From a virus (lineage: Duplodnaviria; Caudoviricetes), in IMG/VR virus record IMGVR_UViG_3300011438_000017, positions 1 through 40,970 of that record: DNA of 40,970 nt, one strand, 5' to 3'. Numbering within the stretch: position 1 is the first letter of the stretch; the number at the start of each line of letters is the position of its first letter. Below, piece by piece: positions 26,721-36,211 of this stretch. The position numbers and the translations under genes are program-made. A model generated the notes under the pieces. That model was not told the origin of the DNA. It saw only the letters and a program-made list of their open reading frames with translations, and did no database searches.

Positions 26721-27742
26721 CGGTCTCCCTCATCCGTCGAGGACACATGCAGGGCATCCAGGGACCACGTCGAGGCCACCGCCGCCGCATCGCCCACTTG
26801 GAACTGCAACACCGTCGCATCCGCCATCGCCCCGCCCTCAAACTTCCGAATGACGCGCGGCTCGCTGGCCGCCTGCGTCAACAGCACAGTGGACGTCTGC
26901 GTCTCCAGGCCGAAGTCCCGGTCGATCGTGAGTTGGAGCGTGATCCCGGCGCTCTGCCGCGCCACCAGAATCGGCTGGCCGATCTGCGCCGCCACCCCCA
27001 GTTGGGCAATCGCGCCTCCCGGCGGAATCGCGTACGACTTCACATACGCCGCGAAGAGTTCGCCATCGTCCGCGGTGCCCGTATCGAGTTTCAGGATCAG
27101 CGTCTCGACGCCGGCCGAGGGCGACACGGACGGCGAGGTCGAGGACGACGGGCTGACGCTGGGCGAGGTGCTGGCGCTGACCGACGCACTCGCGGAGGGA
27201 CTGACGGAGGGCGACTCCGACGACGACGGGCTGAGACTGCGACTGGAGGACGCCGAGGGACTCAGGCTGGCGCTCGGTGACACACTGGCCGAGGCCGATG
27301 GACTGACGCTGGCACTGTTGCCGGCCGAGGGCGACAGCGACGAACTCGGACTGACGCTCCGTGAGGCCGACGAGGACGGGCTGACGCTGGCGCTCGGACT
27401 GACCGAGGCTGAGACCGAAGGACTGACCGAGGCCGAGGGTGAGACCGAGGGCGAGACGCTCGCACTGGGGCTGACGCTCGCGGACGGACTGACGGACGGG
27501 CTGATGCTCGCGGACGGGCTGACCGAGGGGCTGACAGACGGACTGACCGAGGCAGACGGGCTGACGGAGGGACTGACCGACGACGACGGGCTGACGGAGG
27601 CCGAGGGTGAGACCGAGGGCGACACGGACGCAGACGGCGACACCGAGGCAGACGGCGACACCGAGGGCGACGAGGCCACCGCACGGGACGACAGCCACCG
27701 CGCCCGCGGGAGTCGGAAGAGCGTCCGTCTGATACGCAACAC
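26717..27742 (-). CDS. Mucin-like Ser/Pro-repeat virion protein with nozzle-type C-domain
   Basis: Arg-rich N-terminus, ~185 aa of [10 protein letters not shown] repeats, then the duplicated 117-aa domain. Confidence 0.8.
   Translation of the reverse strand: MLRIRRTLFRLPRARWLSSRAVASSPSVSPSASVSPSASVSPSVSPSASVSPSSSVSPSVSPSASVSPSVSPSVSPSASISPSVSPSASVSPSASVSPSVSPSASVSPSVSASVSPSASVSPSSSASRSVSPSSSLSPSAGNSASVSPSASASVSPSASLSPSASSSRSLSPSSSESPSVSPSASASVSASTSPSVSPSSSTSPSVSPSAGVETLILKLDTGTADDGELFAAYVKSYAIPPGGAIAQLGVAAQIGQPILVARQSAGITLQLTIDRDFGLETQTSTVLLTQAASEPRVIRKFEGGAMADATVLQFQVGDAAAVASTWSLDALHVSSTDEGDR
27118..27680 (-). repeat. Degenerate 12/18-nt coding repeats ([10 protein letters not shown])
   Basis: Visible tandem units with synonymous codon variation. 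Confidence 0.9.
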
Positions 27743-27764
27743 GATGGAGACTCAGAAACCCCTC

Positions 27765-28256
27765 TTAGACTTCTTCCACGAAGAACGTCAATTCCCCCGT
27801 AATGTCATCGGTGGGCGTGGACTCCATCCGCACGATGAACACTTCCCCCTGGGCGGCATACGGCCGCAGTTCTTCGGGGATGAACCGTTCCCACGGGGAG
27901 CTCCGAATGTTCCACGCGAGTTCTTCCATGACGGTGGATGTGCCCCCGGTCGTGGACACCGTGGTGTCGTTACAGCGGGCCGTGAAGCCGGCTGCCACGA
28001 TGTCGGTCGTGCCGGGACGGTTGGCGACCGGCGTCACCGAGGAACCCCCGGACCCGATCGTGACCGTGGCCGTCATGTGGCGCACGGTCAGCCGCAGGTT
28101 CTCTTCGGCCGCATCCCCGAGTTCCGTGGACTGGCCGAGGATCCAGCCGACTAGCCGGCAGGGCTTGTCGTCGGCGGGCTGAATGCTCAGGAGGTCGCTA
28201 TCGCCTCCCGCGGTGGCGAGGGTGCCCGTGTAGGGCACGCGGTACATGCGCGGCAT
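27765..28256 (-). CDS. Putative beta-sandwich virion protein
   Basis: 163 aa; TAATG overlap with the upstream gene; GGAGG RBS. Confidence 0.65.
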   Translation of the reverse strand: MPRMYRVPYTGTLATAGGDSDLLSIQPADDKPCRLVGWILGQSTELGDAAEENLRLTVRHMTATVTIGSGGSSVTPVANRPGTTDIVAAGFTARCNDTTVSTTGGTSTVMEELAWNIRSSPWERFIPEELRPYAAQGEVFIVRMESTPTDDITGELTFFVEEV

Positions 28257-29389
28257 TAGACATACCTCCTGCGTCGGATCATCGCGGTCGGCTGCGGCAA
28301 CGACGGGAGCCCCAGTCGGTCTCGCTCACTGCCCAATCCCCAGAACGAGGTGGGCGCATTCGCGGTCTTGTATTCCGCTTCGTACCACTCCGCGGTTTGC
28401 GTGCCGGCGTAGGCCCGGGCTTCATCGATCGTGCAGTTATAGTAGGTGTTCACGCGATCCACGCCGAGTTTGATGGGATCCGTCGTGTTCGCAATCGCGC
28501 CCGAAGGGGTGCCCGAGTAGAAGGTCAGCGTCTTCGCCACGCCATTGACGTAGACCTTGTGACGGGTGCTGTCGGTGCTCTGACTGCCGTCCCAGGTGGC
28601 CGCGATGTGGGTCCACGTCCCGACCACGAGTTGTGAGGCCGCCGTGTAGGCAAAGAGGCTCCCGCCGCCCAACGTGCCGAACACCGTGAGGACCGCGGAG
28701 TTATCCGAAAAGCCCGTGCCGCTGGAGAGGATGCCAAACCGCTCGTACGCGGGCGTGTCCGATTTGACCATAATGCCGCCGTAGTCCTTCAACCCCGCGG
28801 GTTTCACCCAGCACGAGTAGGACATATTGGCGACGTTGTTCAGGGCGCTGATACTGGGCGCGGTCGTTCCATCCGAGGAGCCGTTGTAGGTCAGGCCGGC
28901 ACTGACCTTTCCCGTGGTGGTCTTCCCACTGGTGTTCGCCACGTTCGTCGCGGTGTTGGCGTTACTCGTGGACTCCGCGACGGTGGTGCTGGCCGCGTTG
29001 TCCTCCAAGTGGTAGACCGCTTTGTATTCACTGCGCCACACGCCCGTGGTGTTGTCCTGACTTGTGCTGATCGCGGAGTCGCCGTAGCCCCAATACACCA
29101 CCGTCGCGGTCGCGATCGAGGCGACTCGCGCCCACTTGATCACCTGTCCCGTGGACGCGACATAGAGGATGGTTTCCTGATCCAGTAGCGAGGTCAGCGC
29201 CGACGAGGTGAACAGGTTCAGGTCGTAGCCACTCGCATCCTTGACCTTCCCGCCGTTCCCGACCGTGCGGAAGTCTGGAATCCCCGCGCCGCCGGCTGAC
29301 GTCCGCGAGAACAGGGCGGGGAAATTCGTGAGCGTGCCCGTGACCTGGCTCGCTTGCACGGTCTCGGTGGCCGTGTAGGTCGCGCTCAT
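28256..29389 (-). CDS. DUF2341 + LamG/ConA lectin-domain protein
   Basis: NFPAL...GYDL...WARV...YG...VW...YKAVYHL; SYSCWVK...WTHIAATWDG...VYVNG...IDEARAY. Confidence 0.85.
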   Translation of the reverse strand: MSATYTATETVQASQVTGTLTNFPALFSRTSAGGAGIPDFRTVGNGGKVKDASGYDLNLFTSSALTSLLDQETILYVASTGQVIKWARVASIATATVVYWGYGDSAISTSQDNTTGVWRSEYKAVYHLEDNAASTTVAESTSNANTATNVANTSGKTTTGKVSAGLTYNGSSDGTTAPSISALNNVANMSYSCWVKPAGLKDYGGIMVKSDTPAYERFGILSSGTGFSDNSAVLTVFGTLGGGSLFAYTAASQLVVGTWTHIAATWDGSQSTDSTRHKVYVNGVAKTLTFYSGTPSGAIANTTDPIKLGVDRVNTYYNCTIDEARAYAGTQTAEWYEAEYKTANAPTSFWGLGSERDRLGLPSLPQPTAMIRRRRYV

Positions 29390-29898
29390 GGCAGCAGACT
29401 CGCGAGTTGTTCATCGAACCGCTTCGCGAGGACGGGAGAGGTTGGGGCGTACGCCGTCCTGATCGCCGCTTGGGCCGCGAGCACTTCCGCCTCATCGGCC
29501 TGCTTGATGGCGAACCGCGCCTTCGCCTGGAGGAGTGTCCGCACGAGGGCCACGAACGCGGTGACGGCCCGATCGTCATCGGTGGGCGGCACGGACGGAT
29601 CCGGCACGGTGATGTCCAAGACGCCCAGCAGGGGGCTGTGCGGGCCTTGGTTCACGAGGTGGGTCTCGGCGTTGGCCGCCACGCCCCTGGCGTAGACCGT
29701 CAGCACCTCCACGGACAGATGGCCGGTCAGGTCGGCGCGTTCCAGCACCTTCCCGGTGGGGATGTGCGTCAGCCGCATCCGAAAGAGCGACTGCGTGATG
29801 CCCTCCGGGTCAATCGGCAGACCGGTGTAGGGGTTCTTCGTCGGATTCGGCCGCGGATCGATCTCGTAGACCTCGACCGTCCAATCCTCAAATGGCAT
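29386..29898 (-). CDS. Hypothetical protein
   Basis: AGGAG RBS; ATGA overlap with the downstream gene. Confidence 0.7.
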   Translation of the reverse strand: MPFEDWTVEVYEIDPRPNPTKNPYTGLPIDPEGITQSLFRMRLTHIPTGKVLERADLTGHLSVEVLTVYARGVAANAETHLVNQGPHSPLLGVLDITVPDPSVPPTDDDRAVTAFVALVRTLLQAKARFAIKQADEAEVLAAQAAIRTAYAPTSPVLAKRFDEQLASLLP

Positions 29899-31585
29899 GC
29901 GCTCGTGCTCCTTCGTGAATCTGATCCATCAGCGCCCGCGCGTCTCCCCACCCTGGAATCGTGGTGACGGTCGTCCACCCGCGACAGTGCCGCTGGTCGC
30001 GGAACTGCTCCGGACTCCAGCGACTCTGCGTCAGGGTGTGCGCGTGCCGGATGTCGATATTGGGGACCGGGGACATCCACGCCTCTGCCTTGACGTCATC
30101 GACCCGTTCGGCGCGGTGGTGCGTCCCAGGTTCAAACCCCATGCGGCGCGAGAACCCGTCCCCCTCGACGCGGCGCACCCGTTCGCGGTAGTGCGTCAGC
30201 AACAACGCCCGCGCGGCACACAGGCCGCTGGTCTGCTTCGTGTGGTAGAAGACCGCTCGCCCCGTCTCGGCGTCCAGCTTGTAGGTGTGCTCGTTGTAGT
30301 AGTAGACGTCGTCCCGCGGCGGCACGAACTCGAAATGGCTCTCGTGGTAGAGGACGTCGTGTTCGCAGAAGAACACGTAGTCGGCCTGAATCGCTTCCAG
30401 CCCCGCGAGGATCTGCCGGAACATCGTCAGCGTCCCGCGTTCCAGCGGGAGGACGATGTTGGTCCCGAACCCTTCGACTGGCTTCAGCGTCACAGACACG
30501 ACCGGAATGCGCTCGATCCACGCGGTACGCGCCTCCCAAATCTGGTTTCTGACCGCCGCCAGCATCGCCGCCTCGCCACGGCAGTCCGAGTAGTAGACGA
30601 TGCCCTTCGTCTTGGGTGTCTTCACGACCGGCTTCGGCTTCTGCTCCTCCGTCCAGCCTTTCACCGGCCAGAACTGGTCTACCAGCGAGGCGAACGAGCG
30701 CACCGCCAGCGGCCACTTGTCGTTCCGCCAGAGATCCTGCGAATAGCGCCGCGCGTGCTCGACCTGTCCCGCGTCCAGCGGATAGGGGAACCCGAAGTCC
30801 AACCCCTGCGTGCGGAACAGATGCGCGAACCACGTCCGTTTGTTCACGTAGTGCAGCCCGCCACTCAGCCACGACTTGCACGCGATTTCGGTCCCGAACT
30901 GCCCCCAGCTTCCGTGCGCCTCATCGAGGCCGCCCAGTGCCCAGAACCGCGCCCGCCGCATGAAGAAGCACGCGCCCAGCGCGGACATCGTCGGCGCGAG
31001 GTCACCCTGCGCCTCCGGTCGGTTGGTGAACTCCCCGAAGTACTGGAAGTGCAGATCGGCATCGAAGCACCACGAGGTGCTGTAGACCTTGCGGCCCGCC
31101 TTCCCGTTCGCGCCGTCGATGCTCCAGACGACATCGCGCGTCCACTGGTCCGAGACGCCGCACCCCTCGCAGCGCACCAACGACGGTCCCTGGTAGCGCC
31201 GATACCCGCAGGCGCAGACCCAATCGAAGGCGTGCAGGTTGTATTGCCCGGGAATCTGCGTGAGGTCCGGTCGCCCGATCTCGACGTCGGCGTCGATCAG
31301 CGTCTGGTCGAAGCCGTCCGCGAGGGCGCCGTGCGCGTCGAGTTTCATCACGTAGTCGGCCGTTGAGAGCTTCGCGGCGAGGTTCGTCGCCGCCCGCTGG
31401 CCGATGGGCTCCGGGCGATGCACGATGTGGACGTCGGGATGCTGCGTCAGCGGCACCGCGGGCCACGCGCCATCGAGGACGACGATCACCTCCGTGTCCG
31501 CACGGCGCTTCGCCAGCACTTCCTCCACGGTGCGGTTGAGGAACATCTCGTGCCGCGCCGGAATCAAGACGGAGAGGCGGCTCAT
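29888..31585 (-). CDS. Two-domain GT-A glycosyltransferase (GT2/GT27-like plus a second GT-A-like domain)
   Basis: LSVLIPARHE, KLDAH, GGLDE..GSWG..GTE..KSWLSGG, AHLFR; second domain YVFFCEHDVLY. Confidence 0.88.
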   Translation of the reverse strand: MSRLSVLIPARHEMFLNRTVEEVLAKRRADTEVIVVLDGAWPAVPLTQHPDVHIVHRPEPIGQRAATNLAAKLSTADYVMKLDAHGALADGFDQTLIDADVEIGRPDLTQIPGQYNLHAFDWVCACGYRRYQGPSLVRCEGCGVSDQWTRDVVWSIDGANGKAGRKVYSTSWCFDADLHFQYFGEFTNRPEAQGDLAPTMSALGACFFMRRARFWALGGLDEAHGSWGQFGTEIACKSWLSGGLHYVNKRTWFAHLFRTQGLDFGFPYPLDAGQVEHARRYSQDLWRNDKWPLAVRSFASLVDQFWPVKGWTEEQKPKPVVKTPKTKGIVYYSDCRGEAAMLAAVRNQIWEARTAWIERIPVVSVTLKPVEGFGTNIVLPLERGTLTMFRQILAGLEAIQADYVFFCEHDVLYHESHFEFVPPRDDVYYYNEHTYKLDAETGRAVFYHTKQTSGLCAARALLLTHYRERVRRVEGDGFSRRMGFEPGTHHRAERVDDVKAEAWMSPVPNIDIRHAHTLTQSRWSPEQFRDQRHCRGWTTVTTIPGWGDARALMDQIHEGARAHAI

Positions 31586-32121
31586 AGCTCAAGCACCCAC
31601 GACGGCGACGTATCGCCCCGCAGGATCACCGGGATCCGCCCACGCGCCGCCGCGTAGGCCTGGACGGCTTCGATGACACCGTAGTCCATCCGCTTCCGCC
31701 GGCAGTAGTCGTGCCCGGCGAGGAGGCCGCCTGACCGCACCTTCGGTGCCCACGCGGCGATGTCGGCTTCGACGTGCGCTCTCGTGTGGTTCGCATCGAG
31801 GTAGACGAAGTCCAGCGAGGCCACGGGCACGAGACGCGCCGCGTCCACACTGAACATCCGCAGCAGGCGCACGGAATACCCGGCCAGCCGCCGCGCCGTC
31901 TGCTCGTAGAAGCGGTCCAGTTTCGCCTGGGTGACGTGCTCGCGATAGCCGCGATAGGCCCGCCACGCATCGACCCCGAGCAACAGGAGGCGCGGATTGG
32001 CCCGACACAGCACCTCGCTGTACTCGCCTTGCTCCACGCCAATCTCTGCCCCGCGCGTGAACTGCTGGGCCGCGAAGTACGCCGCGAGGTCGTGGCGCCC
32101 CATCGACGCGGTGAGCATCAT
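31582..32121 (-). CDS. Class I SAM methyltransferase (Methyltransf_24-like)
   Basis: GAEIGV..G...GVDAW...LDFVYLDANH...D...WAPKVRSGGLLAGHDY. Confidence 0.9.
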   Translation of the reverse strand: MMLTASMGRHDLAAYFAAQQFTRGAEIGVEQGEYSEVLCRANPRLLLLGVDAWRAYRGYREHVTQAKLDRFYEQTARRLAGYSVRLLRMFSVDAARLVPVASLDFVYLDANHTRAHVEADIAAWAPKVRSGGLLAGHDYCRRKRMDYGVIEAVQAYAAARGRIPVILRGDTSPSWVLEL

Positions 32122-32996
32122 GCGGCCCGCCGCGCGAAGGCCTGATCGAGATCCGCCGGCCACGACGGCACGGGCGCGAACTTCTCGACCAGCCACCGCA
32201 GATCCCGCACCCGCTGCGGCCAGCGGTCGTGCATCCAGTAGTCCGTGCAGAACGCTCGCCCGCGCTCATGGTGGAAACCCGCCATCGAGTAGCCGCGGCC
32301 GTAGGTCGTGCCCTTGTGGAGGTGGGCATACCACGTCTGCTTATTGACCTTCACCGCCCCGCCCCCGAGCCACGTCTTCAGGCCAATCTCTTGGAATTCC
32401 TGAATGAAGTTCCCGTAATGCGCGACGTCGAGCGGTCCCACCCGTGCCCACTGGTCCCGATGCATGCACCAGCACGACCCCTGGGACGACATCTCGTCAT
32501 CAATCAGCAGGTCGGCCCGGGCCTTCGCGCGGGCCTCCCAGACGGTCCCGTGCAGGCCGCAGGAGGCGTCCCCCTGCCGCTCGTAGGGGTAACTGAGATA
32601 GTGGGAGTCGATGGGGGGCTTGCCGACGTCCTGCCACGCCCACGCGATCGGGTCCAGCCGGTAGCGCCGCGGCACCACGACCCAGTCGCGGTCGCAGTCG
32701 GCCTTCAGCACCACATCGAAGCCGGCGGCCACGGCGCAGTGCGCGTCCAGCTTGCAGAGGTACTCGCCCGTCGCCACCGCGCACGCGCTGTTGATGGCGG
32801 GTCGCATCCCCTGCGCGGCGCCGCGGTGGATCTGCACCAGGCGCGGGTCGTCAGGCAGGTCGTGCGCCCAGTAGCCATCGAGGATCACGAGGACTTCGAG
32901 ATCCCCCTGCGCCTTGGACAGCACATCGCGCACGGTCTCCGGCAGAAACCGCTCGTGGCGCGACGGGATCACGACCGAGACCCGACCGGGGACCAT
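32118..32996 (-). CDS. GT-A glycosyltransferase (GT2/GT27-like)
   Basis: VSVVIPSRHE, KLDAHC, EIGLKTWLGGG, WYAHLHK; paralogous to the N-domain of 29888-31585. Confidence 0.88.
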   Translation of the reverse strand: MVPGRVSVVIPSRHERFLPETVRDVLSKAQGDLEVLVILDGYWAHDLPDDPRLVQIHRGAAQGMRPAINSACAVATGEYLCKLDAHCAVAAGFDVVLKADCDRDWVVVPRRYRLDPIAWAWQDVGKPPIDSHYLSYPYERQGDASCGLHGTVWEARAKARADLLIDDEMSSQGSCWCMHRDQWARVGPLDVAHYGNFIQEFQEIGLKTWLGGGAVKVNKQTWYAHLHKGTTYGRGYSMAGFHHERGRAFCTDYWMHDRWPQRVRDLRWLVEKFAPVPSWPADLDQAFARRAA

Positions 32997-33000
32997 CGGG

Positions 33001-33222
33001 CTACATCCGCCGATAGATCCACGCGCCGTCCAGAGCGTCCGCGACGTGCTCGTAGCAATACCGGACCACGCGGTCCCGGCCCCCGGCCGGTCCCAACAGA
33101 TGCTCCGAGTTGAGCACGGTGAAGCCATCCGGGTCGGGGTTCGGGGGCCGCGCCTCATTCCCCCCATCCGCCATCAGGCTGGCCGCCTTGGGCTCTTTCT
33201 CTTTCTCTTTCTTGTGATCCAT
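33001..33222 (-). CDS. Hypothetical protein (73 aa)
   Basis: GGAG RBS; MDHKKEKEKEP... Confidence 0.6.
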   Translation of the reverse strand: MDHKKEKEKEPKAASLMADGGNEARPPNPDPDGFTVLNSEHLLGPAGGRDRVVRYCYEHVADALDGAWIYRRM

Positions 33223-33245
33223 GACAGGTCTCTCCCCGGAGGGTT

Positions 33246-33671
33246 TCATTTGTACAGGATGGTGAGGTAGACGCCGGTCGCGGCGTTGGTGTTGTCCGTG
33301 GACGCCCCGCCCCCCGTGAGACAGAAGGCAATCCCCGTCGAGAAGGTCTGCCCATTCGGCTGCACCCGTTGGAGGCCGGCCCCCGTGGTACTCGCTGGGA
33401 TCGGCAGCGTCTCCACGAACCCCGTCGCACTCGAACACGTCGGCGCGGCCGCGAGGTTATACATCCGCAGGTAGTAGACCGTCGCCGTCGTGTTGACCAG
33501 CGAGTAGCCGTACACGTTGCCGGGGCTCGCCTTCACGCTCGTGGCATTGGTGCTCGCCGCCGAGGTGAGGTACGACGTCACCGGGGTATCTCGCGTCGGA
33601 TACTGCGCGTCCTGCGCGGACACGATCCCCCCCAGCAGGAGCACTAGACACACCGTCACGCGACCCTTCAT
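33246..33671 (-). CDS. Virion-type beta protein with signal-peptide-like N-terminus
   Basis: MKGRVTVCLVLLLGGIVSA/QDAQ; STNATSVKASPG.VYG...FSTGIAF; AGGAG RBS. Confidence 0.75.
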   Translation of the reverse strand: MKGRVTVCLVLLLGGIVSAQDAQYPTRDTPVTSYLTSAASTNATSVKASPGNVYGYSLVNTTATVYYLRMYNLAAAPTCSSATGFVETLPIPASTTGAGLQRVQPNGQTFSTGIAFCLTGGGASTDNTNAATGVYLTILYK

Positions 33672-33683
33672 ACGCCGCTCCTT

Positions 33684-34340
33684 TTACACCGACACCGAGA
33701 GTTGATGGGCCGCGATCCGCGCGAGTTCTTCGTCCATCGTCAGGACGCCGGCCGCCTCCCGGGCGATGTCTGGCGCGTGCTGCGCGAGGATCTGCCGCAG
33801 GTACGTGTGGAGGGGCGGCATCAGCCGGAAGTAGTCCCGGTTGAACGCGGTGTCGTTCGTCATCAGCAACCGGGTCGCCTGCGTGCCTTCCAAGTTCGTC
33901 TCCACGCGCACATCGAGGGGCACCTTGGTGTCATCCGTGCGCGTCACGATGTAGGTGCCCTGCTCCAGCAGGTTGAGCAGTTCGGCCTCCTCGCGGGTGA
34001 TGCATTCGTCCTCGATCACCCACGGGATGTACATCGGGCACTTGAGGTGCGGCTTCGTCCAGCCATCGGGGCAGGTCTCGCCGCGGGGGTTGAACACTGA
34101 GCGGTTATGCACCACTTCGTTGCTCGCCCGCTGCGCCCGTCGCCGTTCCGCGGCCGCAATCTGGGTGTTGGTCGCCTGCGTATCCGCGAGCCGGTCCATC
34201 GCCTGGGAGAGCGTGGCGAGAATCTCCGCGTTCTCCGTGGTCGGCGCAGCGGTCTGCGCCGTCAGCACCTTTTCGAGCAGGAACAGAATCCGCTCGTTCA
34301 TCGACTCCGGTTCCTGCGGCTCGTCGTCTTTCTTCGCCAT
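33684..34340 (-). CDS. Hypothetical protein
   Basis: 218 aa; AAGGA RBS. Confidence 0.75.
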   Translation of the reverse strand: MAKKDDEPQEPESMNERILFLLEKVLTAQTAAPTTENAEILATLSQAMDRLADTQATNTQIAAAERRRAQRASNEVVHNRSVFNPRGETCPDGWTKPHLKCPMYIPWVIEDECITREEAELLNLLEQGTYIVTRTDDTKVPLDVRVETNLEGTQATRLLMTNDTAFNRDYFRLMPPLHTYLRQILAQHAPDIAREAAGVLTMDEELARIAAHQLSVSV

Positions 34341-34353
34341 ACACGTCCTTGAG

Positions 34354-34381
34354 AAAAGGGAGGGGACACGACGTCCCCTCC
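34354..34381 (-). terminator. Terminator after the capsid/decoration genes
   Basis: GGAGGGGAC/GTCCCCTCC 9-bp stem followed by CTTTT on the minus strand. Confidence 0.7.
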
Positions 34382-34389
34382 GGTCGGTG

Positions 34390-35130
34390 CTAGTCGATCG
34401 TCAGGAAGACCATGTTGTTCTTACCGCTGACGCCGATCTGCCGCATCACGCCGATGATCTGGCTCACGATGAGCGGGGCCGCGGTCGCGATGTCCGCCGT
34501 GCCGGCCGTCGTGCCGCTCACGCCCAGCATCATCGCGCCGAGTGCCGGTGTGCCGGTAATGAGCACGGGCGCATCGCCGTAGGTCTGCAACCATCCGTAG
34601 TTGTTGATGGGGATGGCTTCCACGGCCACCCCGGCGAGTTTGCCAGTCGCGGTCGTCACCGGCATCTCGATTACGCCGTTGTACGTGTTCGCGATGAGGC
34701 CGACGCGGCTGCCGGTGGTCAGGGCGACCCGGATGGGATCCGAGGCGTCCAGTTGCACCGTCAGCGCCGTGGAGAGGGCCGCCGCCGGATGCCCCGTGAT
34801 GGCGTACGCGCGGCCGTTGCCGGGGGTGGTGTCCACTTGGAGGTAGCCCCCCGCATACTGATTCGCGGTCGCGTTGTTCGTGCCGCCGAGGGTGGCCGTG
34901 ACCGCCGTCGCGCCAATCGCCGCCGCCACCGGGGTCAACGCCAGGTGGGTCGTGACGATGGCCGGTCCCTGGATCACCTCACCCGCGACGAGGGCCACCG
35001 CGCCGTTGTAGCAATAGCGGAACTTGCGCCCGTCCCTTGTCCGCGCCTGCATGCCGATGGCGTGCTGCTGGACGGTGCCGTAGTCGCCCGTCGCACTGCC
35101 GGTAATATCGACCGGTCCCTGAAAGTTCAT
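34390..35130 (-). CDS. Capsid decoration/cement protein
   Basis: Follows the MCP; G......DGRKFRY and GVA..AI....YGWLQTYG motifs. Confidence 0.75.
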   Translation of the reverse strand: MNFQGPVDITGSATGDYGTVQQHAIGMQARTRDGRKFRYCYNGAVALVAGEVIQGPAIVTTHLALTPVAAAIGATAVTATLGGTNNATANQYAGGYLQVDTTPGNGRAYAITGHPAAALSTALTVQLDASDPIRVALTTGSRVGLIANTYNGVIEMPVTTATGKLAGVAVEAIPINNYGWLQTYGDAPVLITGTPALGAMMLGVSGTTAGTADIATAAPLIVSQIIGVMRQIGVSGKNNMVFLTID

Positions 35131-35229
35131 ACTCAGTCTCCTTTGCGAGTCGCCCGCGTGAGACGCTAGACGCCCGACTTATTCGACTGAAGGGCGGGAG
35201 CGGAAGTGCTCCCCCCTCCGACGAGTCGT

Positions 35230-36198
35230 CTATGTGATGCCGCTGACCACGCCGAGGCGGCGCGGGTTGTCCGAGCAGAGGTTGAAGGTCGTGAGCACTT
35301 TCACGACGTTCGCGAACTGGTTCGACGGGTTGACCGGGGGGAACGCCTTCATCCAGTACATCCAGCGGATGAAGAGGTTCCGGTTGTTGAGGATGTACAT
35401 GTTGCCGGTGGGCGCGGCGTAGTCCCACGCGACGGGGATGTCCTTGAACTGGAGCTTCGGCCCGGTGAAGCCCGAGACGCCCGTATCGCCCGTGGCCGCC
35501 CGGTCGTACCGCTCCTGCGCGACGAGCAGCGATTCGTAGCCTTCCACGACCGTGCGCGTGCCCACGGCAAACGACGGCAACTGCATCCCGACGCCCGACG
35601 AGCAGAGGTTGTAGATACTCCGCATCGCGCCTTTCAGGTTGTCGAACGCGGTGGCCGCGAGGGCGCCGCTGGCCTGCTGGTTGCGCCAGAAGGTATACGT
35701 GGCGCGGTTGATCGCGCCCACGGTGCCCGTGGTGGGCGTGGTGGACACGATGTGCTGCAACCCGCCGGCATCCTTGCTGCTGTTGCCGGTGCCGTCGCTG
35801 AACAACTGATCGTTGATGCTCTTCTTCATCGAGTTGTTCAGGTTGTCGATCTTCTTCGCTTCCAGATCGAACTTGCCCGCCGCGCCCGCCGTCGCGCCCT
35901 TCTCGAACTCGCTGATGACGATGTCGCCGCCCGAGTGCTTCCAGGCGTACTCGTAGCGGTCGAACACGTCCACGCGCGTCGTGTCGAGCGTTTCGAGCTC
36001 GGACATCGACTTCACGGTCGTGTTGATCTGGTACTCGATCGATCCGGTGATCGGGTCGCCCGCGCCCTTCATAAACGAGTTGCCCGACTTCAGGTTGTCC
36101 AGCAGCCAGAAGCTCTGGAAAATCTGATCGGCGGGATCGGTCTTGACGTAGTCTTCCCACGCGGCAGCGACCAACTGCCCATCATTCGGTACCGGCAT
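35230..36198 (-). CDS. Major capsid protein
   Basis: 322 aa after the scaffold; LFSDGTG, GGL, VGAINRAT..FWRN, L.FK.IPV.WD, NL...NPRR.GV. Confidence 0.9.
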   Translation of the reverse strand: MPVPNDGQLVAAAWEDYVKTDPADQIFQSFWLLDNLKSGNSFMKGAGDPITGSIEYQINTTVKSMSELETLDTTRVDVFDRYEYAWKHSGGDIVISEFEKGATAGAAGKFDLEAKKIDNLNNSMKKSINDQLFSDGTGNSSKDAGGLQHIVSTTPTTGTVGAINRATYTFWRNQQASGALAATAFDNLKGAMRSIYNLCSSGVGMQLPSFAVGTRTVVEGYESLLVAQERYDRAATGDTGVSGFTGPKLQFKDIPVAWDYAAPTGNMYILNNRNLFIRWMYWMKAFPPVNPSNQFANVVKVLTTFNLCSDNPRRLGVVSGIT

Positions 36199-36211
36199 GT
36201 GACACTCCTAG

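Noticed and set aside
22852-27070. Invertible or shufflon tail switch using the duplicated domains
   Set aside because: The copies are in direct orientation and only ~50% identical in protein, and no dedicated invertase is nearby.
27118-27680. CRISPR array or diversity-generating retroelement repeats
   Set aside because: The repeats are in-frame coding units without unique spacers, and no cas or reverse transcriptase gene is present.
26376-28154. 592-aa plus-strand ORF with EGLT repeats
   Set aside because: It is the antisense shadow of the Ser/Pro repeat gene and overlaps three coherent minus-strand genes.
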